39,792 bases of DNA from a virus (taxonomy: Duplodnaviria; Caudoviricetes): the IMG/VR virus record IMGVR_UViG_3300030095_003597, positions 1-39,792 of that record. The stretch is one strand, 5' to 3'. Every line of letters begins with the position of its first letter. The stretch's first letter is position 1. The translations under genes and the position numbers were made by a program. Under the pieces are notes generated by a model. That model was given only the letters and a program-made list of their open reading frames with translations. It was not told the origin of the DNA and did no database searches. Shown here piece by piece: positions 28,200 through 36,346 of this stretch.

Positions 28200-28579
28200 T
28201 ATTTTTGATACACAGCATGGACAATACCTACTGAAAGTCCAGTTCCCAAAAGCAACCCAGTGACGAGTCCAACAGTCCCCCTGTTTCTGTCAAACCAGGA
28301 ATTGTTTTTCTTTAGCTGAGTCTCTAGTTTATCAATTGAAGCTTTATATATTTGCTCTGCCTTATCACAGACTCGCTTATCTACTGAGCATTCAGAAAGA
28401 GCGGCACTAGAATCAATCTTTTTCTGAAGCATCTTCCGGAAGTCTTCCTCGCTCAAGAGAATACCCACATAGGTACCACCGGGTTGCTCAACCACCACTG
28501 GGCGAGGTTCAAACTTTGTGACCTCCGCCGCAGTGGCGTTGAGCGAGAAGAGCAGTGCAAATGTAACCAGTGTTTTCAT
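28199..28579 (-). CDS. Exported coiled-coil protein with C-terminal membrane anchor (spanin-like)
   Basis: Signal peptide 'MKTLVTFALLFSLNATA-A', coiled-coil with two Cys, C-terminal hydrophobic 'GTVGLVTGLLLGTGLSVGIV'. Confidence 0.5.
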   Translation of the reverse strand: MKTLVTFALLFSLNATAAEVTKFEPRPVVVEQPGGTYVGILLSEEDFRKMLQKKIDSSAALSECSVDKRVCDKAEQIYKASIDKLETQLKKNNSWFDRNRGTVGLVTGLLLGTGLSVGIVHAVYQK

Positions 28580-28580
28580 T

Positions 28581-29717
28581 TTACTTCTTCAGGAATTTCT
28601 TTAGTCCTTCGATACGCTTTGCGGGACGCTTGAGTCCGCTAACTAGAGTATATGTTACTAGCTTATCCTTGTTGGTATCTTCGTAAATTCCCCGGTGAAT
28701 CATGGCACCGCCAGTCAAAGCAGCCAAAGTATCAAAACCAAACTCAATGTTATCCATCAAGCCAGCAGTCTCTTCAAAGATTTCCTCACTACCAACAACA
28801 ATACAAGCAGCACCGGAGGCTGACGTCAGGTCAAAACCTTCAGCAAGAAGTGTCTTCTCTAGGTTCTTCTTGAGAGCACTTGAGACAGCAGTTTCGTTCT
28901 CAAGGTTCTTGACACTAGTAACACCCATAATCATACAGCCTGGTTGCTTCATAATACTGTCGTAATCTGTAGCATCAAAGGTTGTGTATTCTGAGTCTTG
29001 GTTTGCCAATACGTTGAAGACGTGGAACAACCCAGCAACCGTATTGTTGATGGTTGTCCAGAACTTCTTGACTGTCAGCTTGGGGTAAAGCTTTTTAATC
29101 TTTTCATTGTCTACCATAATAAGCGGAGCAATCTTTCCCTTTTCTGCTAGCCCGCAAAGTTGGGTGATGCGAGCGTGGGCGTTCTTGGCTACCGTTGGCG
29201 AGGCTGACTCGCCAGCAGTGGGAAGTGAAGCTACAACACCAACACGCTCGTCAACGTTTTCAACGCCAATATAAGTGAAGTACTTCTTAGCTACTTTAAT
29301 AAGGGTGTTGACGGTGCCACCCCCGGAACCGCCAGACACTCCAAGACAAATCAAGATACGGTCAACATTGGTTCCAAACACTTCACGGAACTTGTTGAAT
29401 ACTTCTTGTTCTTTTTTCTCGATTGCCTCTTGAGCTTTCGCTTGGTCCTTGCCAGCGCCCTGCTCGCCGTGTTCGTCAACCAAAAACTTTTGACTATCCG
29501 GCAAATCTAAACCATTCAAATCAGAACGGGCTGTATTGACAGCTACAGTCTTTGTGTAACCCATATCATAAAAGGCTTTAGCCATACGACCGCCGCCCTG
29601 ACCAGCGCCAACAATAGCGTAAGTTAAGGCACCGCCTGATTTATCCTCAACGGCTTCTTCCTCCTCGTTGAGGTCTGGGTCATAATCTTCGATTTCTAAT
29701 GTAGGGATATCTACCAT
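28581..29717 (-). CDS. Tubulin/FtsZ-superfamily GTPase
   Basis: 'IVGAGQGGGRMA' (T1), 'AVNTARSDL', 'GAGKD', 'GVSGGSGGG' (T4 signature variant), 'VDNEK', 'FDATDY' (T7-like). Confidence 0.9.
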   Translation of the reverse strand: MVDIPTLEIEDYDPDLNEEEEAVEDKSGGALTYAIVGAGQGGGRMAKAFYDMGYTKTVAVNTARSDLNGLDLPDSQKFLVDEHGEQGAGKDQAKAQEAIEKKEQEVFNKFREVFGTNVDRILICLGVSGGSGGGTVNTLIKVAKKYFTYIGVENVDERVGVVASLPTAGESASPTVAKNAHARITQLCGLAEKGKIAPLIMVDNEKIKKLYPKLTVKKFWTTINNTVAGLFHVFNVLANQDSEYTTFDATDYDSIMKQPGCMIMGVTSVKNLENETAVSSALKKNLEKTLLAEGFDLTSASGAACIVVGSEEIFEETAGLMDNIEFGFDTLAALTGGAMIHRGIYEDTNKDKLVTYTLVSGLKRPAKRIEGLKKFLKK

Positions 29718-29728
29718 TTTCTTTCTCC

Positions 29729-30043
29729 TTAAATATCCAATTCTTTATGAAGTCGGATGAGGGCTTTTAAACGTTCTTCTCGGTCGTCTATTCTATGTGT
29801 ATCTTTAAGACGACTCTCAAAGACTCCTTTAATTGCCCCAATCTTATCTTTTTCTAGTCTACCACGCAACTCATTTTCCTTTAAGGCTGCTGTAGCTTCT
29901 GTCTTTATTGCTTCTAAATATTCTGTCTTGTCTTCCGTTGGGCGAAGCAAGCGGTAAAAGTAAATCAAGAGGGCTGCCACTACAACAACCCCTAGTATAA
30001 TTTTCCACCAAATCTCTTTGGCTTTAAACCATAGTTTCTTCAT
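29729..30043 (-). CDS. Membrane-anchored coiled-coil protein (i-spanin-like)
   Basis: Likely start ATG 30043 (TGATG overlap with the holin-like gene). N-terminal TM 'WWKIILGVVVVAALLIYFY' then a charged helical domain. Confidence 0.55.
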   Translation of the reverse strand: MKKLWFKAKEIWWKIILGVVVVAALLIYFYRLLRPTEDKTEYLEAIKTEATAALKENELRGRLEKDKIGAIKGVFESRLKDTHRIDDREERLKALIRLHKELDI

Positions 30044-30225
30044 CACCCGTGTTTCCATTTAGCAGCAATATCTGCTGCGCCCTGAAGTCCTATGTAAGCT
30101 AGGGATACAGCAACCCAGTCGCTGCTTGTTACCGAACCAGCCGCCAAGAAAGCGGTGGAAGTTCCCCACACTATTAGTTTTCGTGAAGCCCACTTACCGA
30201 GCCAATTATCTATTTTTTCCTGCAT
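30043..30225 (-). CDS. Holin-like small membrane protein
   Basis: 60 aa, 'SRKL' then two hydrophobic segments and a basic tail; GGAGG RBS. Confidence 0.55.
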   Translation of the reverse strand: MQEKIDNWLGKWASRKLIVWGTSTAFLAAGSVTSSDWVAVSLAYIGLQGAADIAAKWKHG

Positions 30226-30250
30226 ATCTACAGTACCTCCTCTGTAGATA

Positions 30251-30258
30251 TAAATAGT
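30251..30258 (-). promoter_or_regulatory. Putative late promoter (ACTATTTA)
   Basis: Exact motif about 26 nt upstream of the holin-like ATG; shares AGCTTACTATTTA with the sheath copy. Confidence 0.65.
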
Positions 30259-30268
30259 AAGCTATTAA

Positions 30269-30634
30269 TTATTTAGCTGTTTTAGGGGCAGCAGGAGCAG
30301 CAGCGGCAGGAGCAGCAGCCGTTGTTTTTGCTGCTGTGCTTTTTCCTACCTGAGAGGTATCGGCATCTTTGGCTGCCTGGAATTGTTGAGTCATCATATT
30401 GATAAGCTTTGACTTGTCGATTCCTTTAGCGGACAGCTTATTGATGAAGTGAGTTATAACAGCACTTCCTGTAGCCGCATCTTGAACTCGGTCCAAAGCT
30501 TGTGCCAGGTTCGGAGCCTTATCAATAGCATCATTGACTGACTTAACCATTTCCGGGTTGGCTTTATTTGCCTCTTGAAGCTTGGCGACTTGTTCGAGAA
30601 CTATGGTACGAATGCGGTTTTTAGATATTTTCAT
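30269..30634 (-). CDS. Hypothetical protein with MKISK leader and Ala/Pro-rich tail
   Basis: 'MKISKNRIRTIVLEQVAKLQE'; ends 'AAAPAAAAPAAPKTAK'. Confidence 0.75.
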   Translation of the reverse strand: MKISKNRIRTIVLEQVAKLQEANKANPEMVKSVNDAIDKAPNLAQALDRVQDAATGSAVITHFINKLSAKGIDKSKLINMMTQQFQAAKDADTSQVGKSTAAKTTAAAPAAAAPAAPKTAK

Positions 30635-30644
30635 TTTTGTGCCC

Positions 30645-31583
30645 TTATTTGATAAGTTTTTTCCACTTATTTTTAATGCCCTCGGGAATCAAGTCATCCT
30701 TTCGATTAGCGGCGTCACCTTTGTCCGGCTGTAGGAAGTTAATCTCACCGGCTGCCAAGGCAGCGTTCACATCATCTTGAGAAACACCAGACTTACCAGC
30801 CTGCGGCATACTCTTCTCACGTTCGAAAGGACCCGGACTCTTCTTAACTAGCTTGAAGTTTTCAACTATATAATTGGCAGCAGCATCTTTGCTAGGCTCA
30901 CTAATTTTCTTTGCCTCTACCATTAGATTTAAGACTTTATCGTCAATATTTTCAAGAACATATGCCCTGACGGCTTGGTCAGTAGCTTTCATTAGGTTCT
31001 GCCCCTCGAATGGTTTAGTAATTACTTTTCCAGCTTTTGCGCCAATTGCCATTTGCATTACTTTTAGAGCCTGCTCGTTATCTTTGATATTAGGACTGGT
31101 CATATTATCAATAGCAACTTCACCATTAGGATTCATCATTGCAACTTGAGACCATCTATGGTGTCCATCAAGAATGTATTTCCCATTAAACACTAAAATG
31201 GCTGGGGGAGGATTATCTGCACTGGGCATAATGATTGGGTCATTTACTAACCCTAGTGCTGTCTTTGCAGCATTGTACTTGTTAGTCATTTGGTCAGCCA
31301 AACTAGCATCCATTCCAATTTCAGCCTGAGTAGGGAGAAGGTCAATGGCTTTTGCTTTGGTCCGCTCGACTGTCACAACTTCATCCTGTGGGTTGCCATC
31401 AGCCTTTCCTGCGCCTGCTACTTTTTGAAATTCGTCGTCAGCCGACACTTGCTTAAGAGTTGAAACAAAATCAGGAAGGGGCTTCTCTATGGATGCCAGG
31501 AAGTCATCGACCGGAGCCTCTGAGAGGTTTATTCTTTCCATTACCAATTGTGCAATGTGTTTAACGTTGATTTTTTTAGTCAT
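30645..31583 (-). CDS. ParB/Srx-like domain protein
   Basis: 'LLPTQAEIG' and 'ILVFNGKYILDGHHRW'. Likely start ATG 31583 with GGGAGAG upstream. Confidence 0.75.
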   Translation of the reverse strand: MTKKINVKHIAQLVMERINLSEAPVDDFLASIEKPLPDFVSTLKQVSADDEFQKVAGAGKADGNPQDEVVTVERTKAKAIDLLPTQAEIGMDASLADQMTNKYNAAKTALGLVNDPIIMPSADNPPPAILVFNGKYILDGHHRWSQVAMMNPNGEVAIDNMTSPNIKDNEQALKVMQMAIGAKAGKVITKPFEGQNLMKATDQAVRAYVLENIDDKVLNLMVEAKKISEPSKDAAANYIVENFKLVKKSPGPFEREKSMPQAGKSGVSQDDVNAALAAGEINFLQPDKGDAANRKDDLIPEGIKNKWKKLIK

Positions 31584-31616
31584 TGGACTCTCCCGAGTTT
31601 GTAATAAAGGGTACAA

Positions 31617-31624
31617 TAAATAGT
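31617..31624 (-). promoter_or_regulatory. Putative late promoter (ACTATTTA)
   Basis: Exact motif about 34 nt upstream of ATG 31583. Confidence 0.6.
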
Positions 31625-31631
31625 TACCTTA

Positions 31632-31823
31632 TTATCGTTTTGCTCTCTTAAAAATCTGAGCATCGGAGCCATGAACCTTAACTATGTGTCCGTTGTAACT
31701 AATCTTTGCAATTTTGTACCAAGGTTTGTACTCCAGCAGTAACCCTACTTTCCACTCAGAATAAACTTTTGGGGTTCCGTGGAAAGTGCATTGCCTGAAC
31801 CTTACTAAATCACCCGCTCTCAT
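31632..31823 (-). CDS. Small SH3/KOW-like hypothetical protein
   Basis: 'MRAGDLVRF...VGLLLEY'; ATGA overlap with the upstream small gene. Confidence 0.65.
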   Translation of the reverse strand: MRAGDLVRFRQCTFHGTPKVYSEWKVGLLLEYKPWYKIAKISYNGHIVKVHGSDAQIFKRAKR

Positions 31824-31978
31824 AAATCCCAATCCTCATCCCAAAAGCTATCATCTTTTTCTGGTGGGTTTTCAAATTCTCTCAGGCTCCAAACAATTGC
31901 CAACCCCGATGGAAGTCCTAAAACAATAGAATATAATAATCCGCTTATCACTGGGTATTCTAAAAAGAACCATATCAT
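31820..31978 (-). CDS. Unannotated 52-aa single-pass membrane protein with acidic tail
   Basis: Manual translation MIWFFLEYPVISGLLYSIVLGLPSGLAIVWSLREFENPPEKDDSFWDEDWDL*; ATGA overlaps at both ends and fills the gap exactly. Confidence 0.7.
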   Translation of the reverse strand: MIWFFLEYPVISGLLYSIVLGLPSGLAIVWSLREFENPPEKDDSFWDEDWDL

Positions 31979-32427
31979 AAGTTCTTTAGTATTCTCCGAA
32001 GAAATACTTCTCTGTTCTTTTCGTTCCGCATAGAACTAATCTCCGTAGTGGGACAGTCAAGACTTTGGTGCATCGGTGCCTTAATAGTTGAACCTAAGTC
32101 TTTTACGCCAGTAGATAGACCGCAAGAAGGAGAATTGGAGATTCCTATAAACCCAACTGCATCTTTATGTCTTTCGGCTATTTTTTGACACCTATCTTTT
32201 AGTTGTCCGTAGACTTCATCTTTGCCTGCAAAACCTTTTATCTCGCCGTCAACCGCTCGCAAGCGGATGGCTTTTCTGGGTGTGCCGAACAATTCGTTTT
32301 CTGGGCACACTGGAACTAATTCAAAGCCGTTGGTTTCTGCCCACACTTTGATGTCGTCTTCACGACGGTTAGTGCCGTTCCACCTTACATCGTTTCCATA
32401 TACACAAGAACTGATTAGTATTTTCAT
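31975..32427 (-). CDS. DUF523 / TudS-like (thiouracil desulfidase family) Fe-S protein
   Basis: 'ILISSCVYGNDVRWNG', 'VPVCPE...GTPR', 'SPSCG' match the DUF523/YbbK motifs. Confidence 0.85.
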   Translation of the reverse strand: MKILISSCVYGNDVRWNGTNRREDDIKVWAETNGFELVPVCPENELFGTPRKAIRLRAVDGEIKGFAGKDEVYGQLKDRCQKIAERHKDAVGFIGISNSPSCGLSTGVKDLGSTIKAPMHQSLDCPTTEISSMRNEKNREVFLRRILKNL

Positions 32428-32927
32428 TTTACGTTTAGATACTTTTTATAGGTTGCGGGCATTTTGTCGTAGTATTTTGTCCTAAGAAGTGCAGTTCTTG
32501 CTTTTGCCAGGTCCGTATGGTATGCCATGTTTATCATAAAACAAGGAGCAGACGATAACGGATTGAATCCATCTATTCCCATGTCATTGTTGGGGTTGAA
32601 GCAAAGAGCCACCACATCTTGATTACCACTTTCTTCTAGGATTAGATTAATAAATTCTTGATATCCTTTTGTTTCCGATGCCTTTATACTAACATTTGTC
32701 TGACCAACAAGAGCACTCCTTTTTCCCGAACGGACAAATCGGAGGACCACATCTACAAGCGTGTCCTTGGTATTATCAAAAACATCTAGGTGGAGTTGGT
32801 CGCTAATCCTGTCAGCCTTTACAAACGGACAAACTGCGAACCCTGAAAACTCGGGTCGCTTTTCTTCTAGAACGTTGATGACATAATCAGTCATCTGTTT
32901 TATTAATTGTTCCCTTTGGTTTTTCAT
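32424..32927 (-). CDS. Hypothetical protein, DUF1415-like
   Basis: 'VCPFVK', 'LCFNP', 'APCFMI'. Likely start ATG 32927 (ATGA overlap). Confidence 0.55.
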   Translation of the reverse strand: MKNQREQLIKQMTDYVINVLEEKRPEFSGFAVCPFVKADRISDQLHLDVFDNTKDTLVDVVLRFVRSGKRSALVGQTNVSIKASETKGYQEFINLILEESGNQDVVALCFNPNNDMGIDGFNPLSSAPCFMINMAYHTDLAKARTALLRTKYYDKMPATYKKYLNVK

Positions 32928-33148
32928 ATCTCGCAATCACATTCTTTTATTTTGTTCCGACGATTTCTGACCCTGCACAAAGGGCACCGAATATAGTGAG
33001 AGTCAGATTCAAAAAACATATCCCAAAGTCTTGGAACTCTCAATACTATTCTCCACGGTCCAACAAACCACAAAATACAACACCGAGGAATATTAGAATG
33101 TCTTCCGCATTTCCAGTGGTGTCTTATTTTACTGAGATACGAAAGCAT
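32924..33148 (-). CDS. Small Cys-rich hypothetical protein
   Basis: 'CG..SNIPRCCILWF...YIRCPLC...ECDC'; stop overlaps the next ATG; start uncertain. Confidence 0.55.
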   Translation of the reverse strand: MLSYLSKIRHHWKCGRHSNIPRCCILWFVGPWRIVLRVPRLWDMFFESDSHYIRCPLCRVRNRRNKIKECDCEI

Positions 33149-36100
33149 AACCATCTTGACGCTCAATGTCAATAGTCATATCGGCAATATCTTTGAGACT
33201 ATCCAAGTGAGTAATCAAAAGCACAGTCTTGTAGTAGCCCTTAATCATTTCCATCACTCGCATAAAGCCTTCAAGGTTTTCGGCGTCCAACGCTGTGCCT
33301 GGCTCATCCATAATCATAATGTCTGATTTTGGTAGGGTTGACACGTTAGTTAGGGCGATACGAATGGCAATTGCTGCCAGCGTCTTCTCTGCTCCAGAAG
33401 CCATCTCTAAAGGTCGTGCTTCGTATTTTGGATGCTTGATGAAGATGTCTAACTTATTCTTTTCTGCCTCGAAAAAGATGTCGAAGTCGGTGACGTTGGC
33501 TAGGACCGTGCTGACCTCATCGTTAATGAGAGGGAGCATCCGCTTCACAACATCATAACTGATTCCATTGGGGTGGGTGCAGCGCATAAACAAGTCATAA
33601 GCCGCATACTCTGTTCGTAGGTCTTCTAGTTCTTGCTGCTTCTCTTTGATGTTTTCAATCTGAGTTTCAATACCACCGTGATGCTTCACTAAATCAAGGA
33701 CCTTGGCATCGCAAATAGCAATGTCGCTTTCTGTCTTGATGGTTCTTTCCTTCAAGTCATCCTGCTCTTTAATGAGTTCCTCTCGGTTCTCGATTGCTTC
33801 CTTGTTGAGTTCGTAAACTTCAATCTTGGTTTTGATGCTTGCCACCTCATTAGTAAGGAGGTGAATTTTGTTTGTTGTTTGCGCCAGAAGAAGGTCAAGG
33901 TTGGTTGCCTCTGTAGAGAGGTCAGCGTATTCCTTGTCTCGTTGCTTATACAGTTTTTTATCTGCTTCCAGAGTTTCCACATCCATATCTTCCAGCTTGC
34001 CAGCAAGTTGATTATGGCGGCGGCGAAGAGCCATTAAGGTCTTTCGTGTTTCTTCAAGCAATTGCTGAGAATCATAAGCATCTCTGATAAATTTACAATG
34101 AGAGAACTCCGAACCACAGGGAACGTCGCCAAGGATATCTACCTTCTTCTGATATGTGTCCCTATTCTTTTCTTCCAGCGTTAGCTGAGTTTCCAAAGTG
34201 CCTAGTTCCTTTTGGAGTTCTTCATAACGAGAAATCTGGGTTCGGAGCGCACCAACATCAGTAGCATCTAGAAGTTTCTTTAGGATTTTCGCTTGCGCCA
34301 GAACATCTTTCTTTTGCTTTTTGGTCTGGGCTGATTTGAGGTGGAGGTCTGAGGATTCTTGCTCTGCTGCCGCAAGTCTTGCCGTCTCTTTTCTAATATT
34401 AATAAGTTCAACAGGGGCAGATGCGAAAAGTCCATCGATTTCTTTTACTCTCTCGGAAATAGTTTCTAACTGTGTAGTTAGTTTCTCGCATTTCCTTTCT
34501 TGTCTTGTTCGGTCCTTTTCATTATCGGTCAATTGTCCGACGAGTTGCGTAATATCTTCATCAAAGTTATTGTCTTCCAATTTCTTGAGCAAAGCACGGG
34601 TCTCAATGCTGTCATTCTTAGAGGCTCGGAACTTCTTCTCGAACTGGTCGAGGTCCAAGAACTTAGCAAGAATCTCCTTGCGCTTGGTTGAACCCTCGTT
34701 GATGAAAGTCATCGCACCCATCTGACTGGACATACTCGTAAGCAAAAAGTCGTCAATGGTTCCAAAGATTTTACGAATCTCTTTGTCGGTGCCGTTGCGG
34801 TCAAGCGAGTTCAGACTTGTCTCTTCCCCAGTCGCTGGGTCAATCATTGAGAACTCTACATCAGTCTTGGCTTCGTCAGTCTCTTCGCCGTGAAGTTTCT
34901 TTTTATACTTCTCCGACTTGCGCTCAATGATATAAGCTTTGCCGTCAATATCAATCTCAACACGACCGCAGCCTGCCTGCTTATTCTGGTTGATGATATT
35001 CAGGTTCTTGCGGTTGTTCTTACTGATAGAGTTGTAAATCGTATACAGCGCACTATCAATCACGGAACTCTTGCCTGAGTAGTTCTTACCAAAAACACCC
35101 ACAACACCGTTCAGTCTCTCAAAGTTGATGCTGTTGTTTTCTCCGTAGTTGAAGAGGTTGTCCCATTGCATACTTTTGAGTGACCACTCCACGTTTCGTA
35201 AGGAGGCATCCTCGCCGTTGACCCGAGCATCGTAGCGTGAGTTTAATTGGAAAACTCGTTCTAGGGTTTTGGCGTCGGGTTCATATTCTTTTAAGTATTC
35301 CCGGATAAGTCGCTCTTGGACTTGTTGGTCCCGCAGGTTTTCTGTGCTGCCCAAATCATCAACATCTACACTGGAACGCTTGAGTCCAGCCTTGTTGACG
35401 AAAGATAGGCTCTCAGGCTTGAAGCGGCTCTTGGCAATGTCCATCACCCGACGAATCTTGTCTAGAGAGACTTTGTGGTGAGTTACCACACGAAGTCGTG
35501 CTCCTTCTGGGATGTCTAGGTTTCTAGGCATATTCCCTTTGGAAGTCAACTCGATTGTCATAAAAGGTTTGACGTTCTTGACGAGATGGTGCTCAACTTC
35601 ATATTCAGTCTTGCTGTGGATATCCCAAATCAAAAAGCCCTTATCATTTGTCTCGCCGTGGTTTTGCTGGATAGTGGAGCCACAGTAGCGGATGGTCCCA
35701 CTTTCATTCAGGACCTGATTAGTCTTGTGAATATCTCCCAGCATAGCGTAATCAAACTTATCGAACACTTTGATGTCGTGGTCGCCATGGTCCATAATCC
35801 AGCCCATATCGGTTTGACTATTATTAATTGCTCCGTGATAAAGGGCAATGTTAATAGCACTTGGGTCTGTTGGGTCTTGCCAATTGGTCTCGTCAAAGAT
35901 TGACAAAACGTTAATGGTCAAGTCATCCTCTAATTGAACCTCGCCTGAATACTTGTGAAGCATAAGACTAGCATGGTCAAGGGCATCAACGATTGGAGTG
36001 ATAGCATCCTGCCGAGTGCTGTTCCGTAGGTTGCCGTCGTGGTTCCCAAGGATGATGTGGGTCTCGGCGATGTCAGCCAAGTTCTTCAAGAAGTCTGTGG

Positions 36101-36281
36101 CTAGTTCAAAATACTCTGGTGAGAGTTGTGTTTTTGTATGAGCCAAGTCGCCTGTGTGGACGATATAGTCTACGTCCTGCTCTCGTAGGGTTTGGTAAAT
36201 TTCCTCAAATGCCTGACGATACTCGTAATGGTATTTCAGATTTTTGATGTGGGTGTCCCCAAAATGTGCTATCCGCACCAT
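33129..36281 (-). CDS. Fused SbcD/Mre11 nuclease - SbcC/Rad50 ATPase (T4 gp47-gp46-like)
   Basis: Phosphoesterase motifs DTH, GDLAH, GNHD, HG, GDIH; Walker A GKNYSGKSS; long coiled coil; signature 'MASGAEK'; Walker B 'IMDEP'; 'ITH'. Confidence 0.92.
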   Translation of the reverse strand: MVRIAHFGDTHIKNLKYHYEYRQAFEEIYQTLREQDVDYIVHTGDLAHTKTQLSPEYFELATDFLKNLADIAETHIILGNHDGNLRNSTRQDAITPIVDALDHASLMLHKYSGEVQLEDDLTINVLSIFDETNWQDPTDPSAINIALYHGAINNSQTDMGWIMDHGDHDIKVFDKFDYAMLGDIHKTNQVLNESGTIRYCGSTIQQNHGETNDKGFLIWDIHSKTEYEVEHHLVKNVKPFMTIELTSKGNMPRNLDIPEGARLRVVTHHKVSLDKIRRVMDIAKSRFKPESLSFVNKAGLKRSSVDVDDLGSTENLRDQQVQERLIREYLKEYEPDAKTLERVFQLNSRYDARVNGEDASLRNVEWSLKSMQWDNLFNYGENNSINFERLNGVVGVFGKNYSGKSSVIDSALYTIYNSISKNNRKNLNIINQNKQAGCGRVEIDIDGKAYIIERKSEKYKKKLHGEETDEAKTDVEFSMIDPATGEETSLNSLDRNGTDKEIRKIFGTIDDFLLTSMSSQMGAMTFINEGSTKRKEILAKFLDLDQFEKKFRASKNDSIETRALLKKLEDNNFDEDITQLVGQLTDNEKDRTRQERKCEKLTTQLETISERVKEIDGLFASAPVELINIRKETARLAAAEQESSDLHLKSAQTKKQKKDVLAQAKILKKLLDATDVGALRTQISRYEELQKELGTLETQLTLEEKNRDTYQKKVDILGDVPCGSEFSHCKFIRDAYDSQQLLEETRKTLMALRRRHNQLAGKLEDMDVETLEADKKLYKQRDKEYADLSTEATNLDLLLAQTTNKIHLLTNEVASIKTKIEVYELNKEAIENREELIKEQDDLKERTIKTESDIAICDAKVLDLVKHHGGIETQIENIKEKQQELEDLRTEYAAYDLFMRCTHPNGISYDVVKRMLPLINDEVSTVLANVTDFDIFFEAEKNKLDIFIKHPKYEARPLEMASGAEKTLAAIAIRIALTNVSTLPKSDIMIMDEPGTALDAENLEGFMRVMEMIKGYYKTVLLITHLDSLKDIADMTIDIERQDGYAFVSQ

Positions 36282-36309
36282 AAGCGCACTCCTTCTATAA
36301 GCGTGTCTT

Positions 36310-36338
36310 ATTGTACCAGATGTTTTTTAGGGTGTTTA
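36310..36338 (-). promoter_or_regulatory. Putative sigma70-like promoter (TAAACA-17 nt-TACAAT with extended -10 TG)
   Basis: TGGTACAAT in the intergenic region upstream of the SbcCD fusion. Confidence 0.5.
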
Positions 36339-36346
36339 GCTTTAGG

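Noticed and set aside
28581-29717. Calling the tubulin-family gene host ftsZ or evidence of a phage nucleus
   Set aside because: The context is entirely phage, the signature differs from FtsZ (GGGTGTG) and the FtsZ C-terminal peptide is missing; no chimallin-like gene is recognisable in this window.
30249-30256. Exact T4 late promoter TATAAATA on the plus strand
   Set aside because: It would point antisense with no plus-strand gene downstream, and the other copies conserve TAAATAGT rather than TATAAATA, so it is treated as part of the minus-strand motif.
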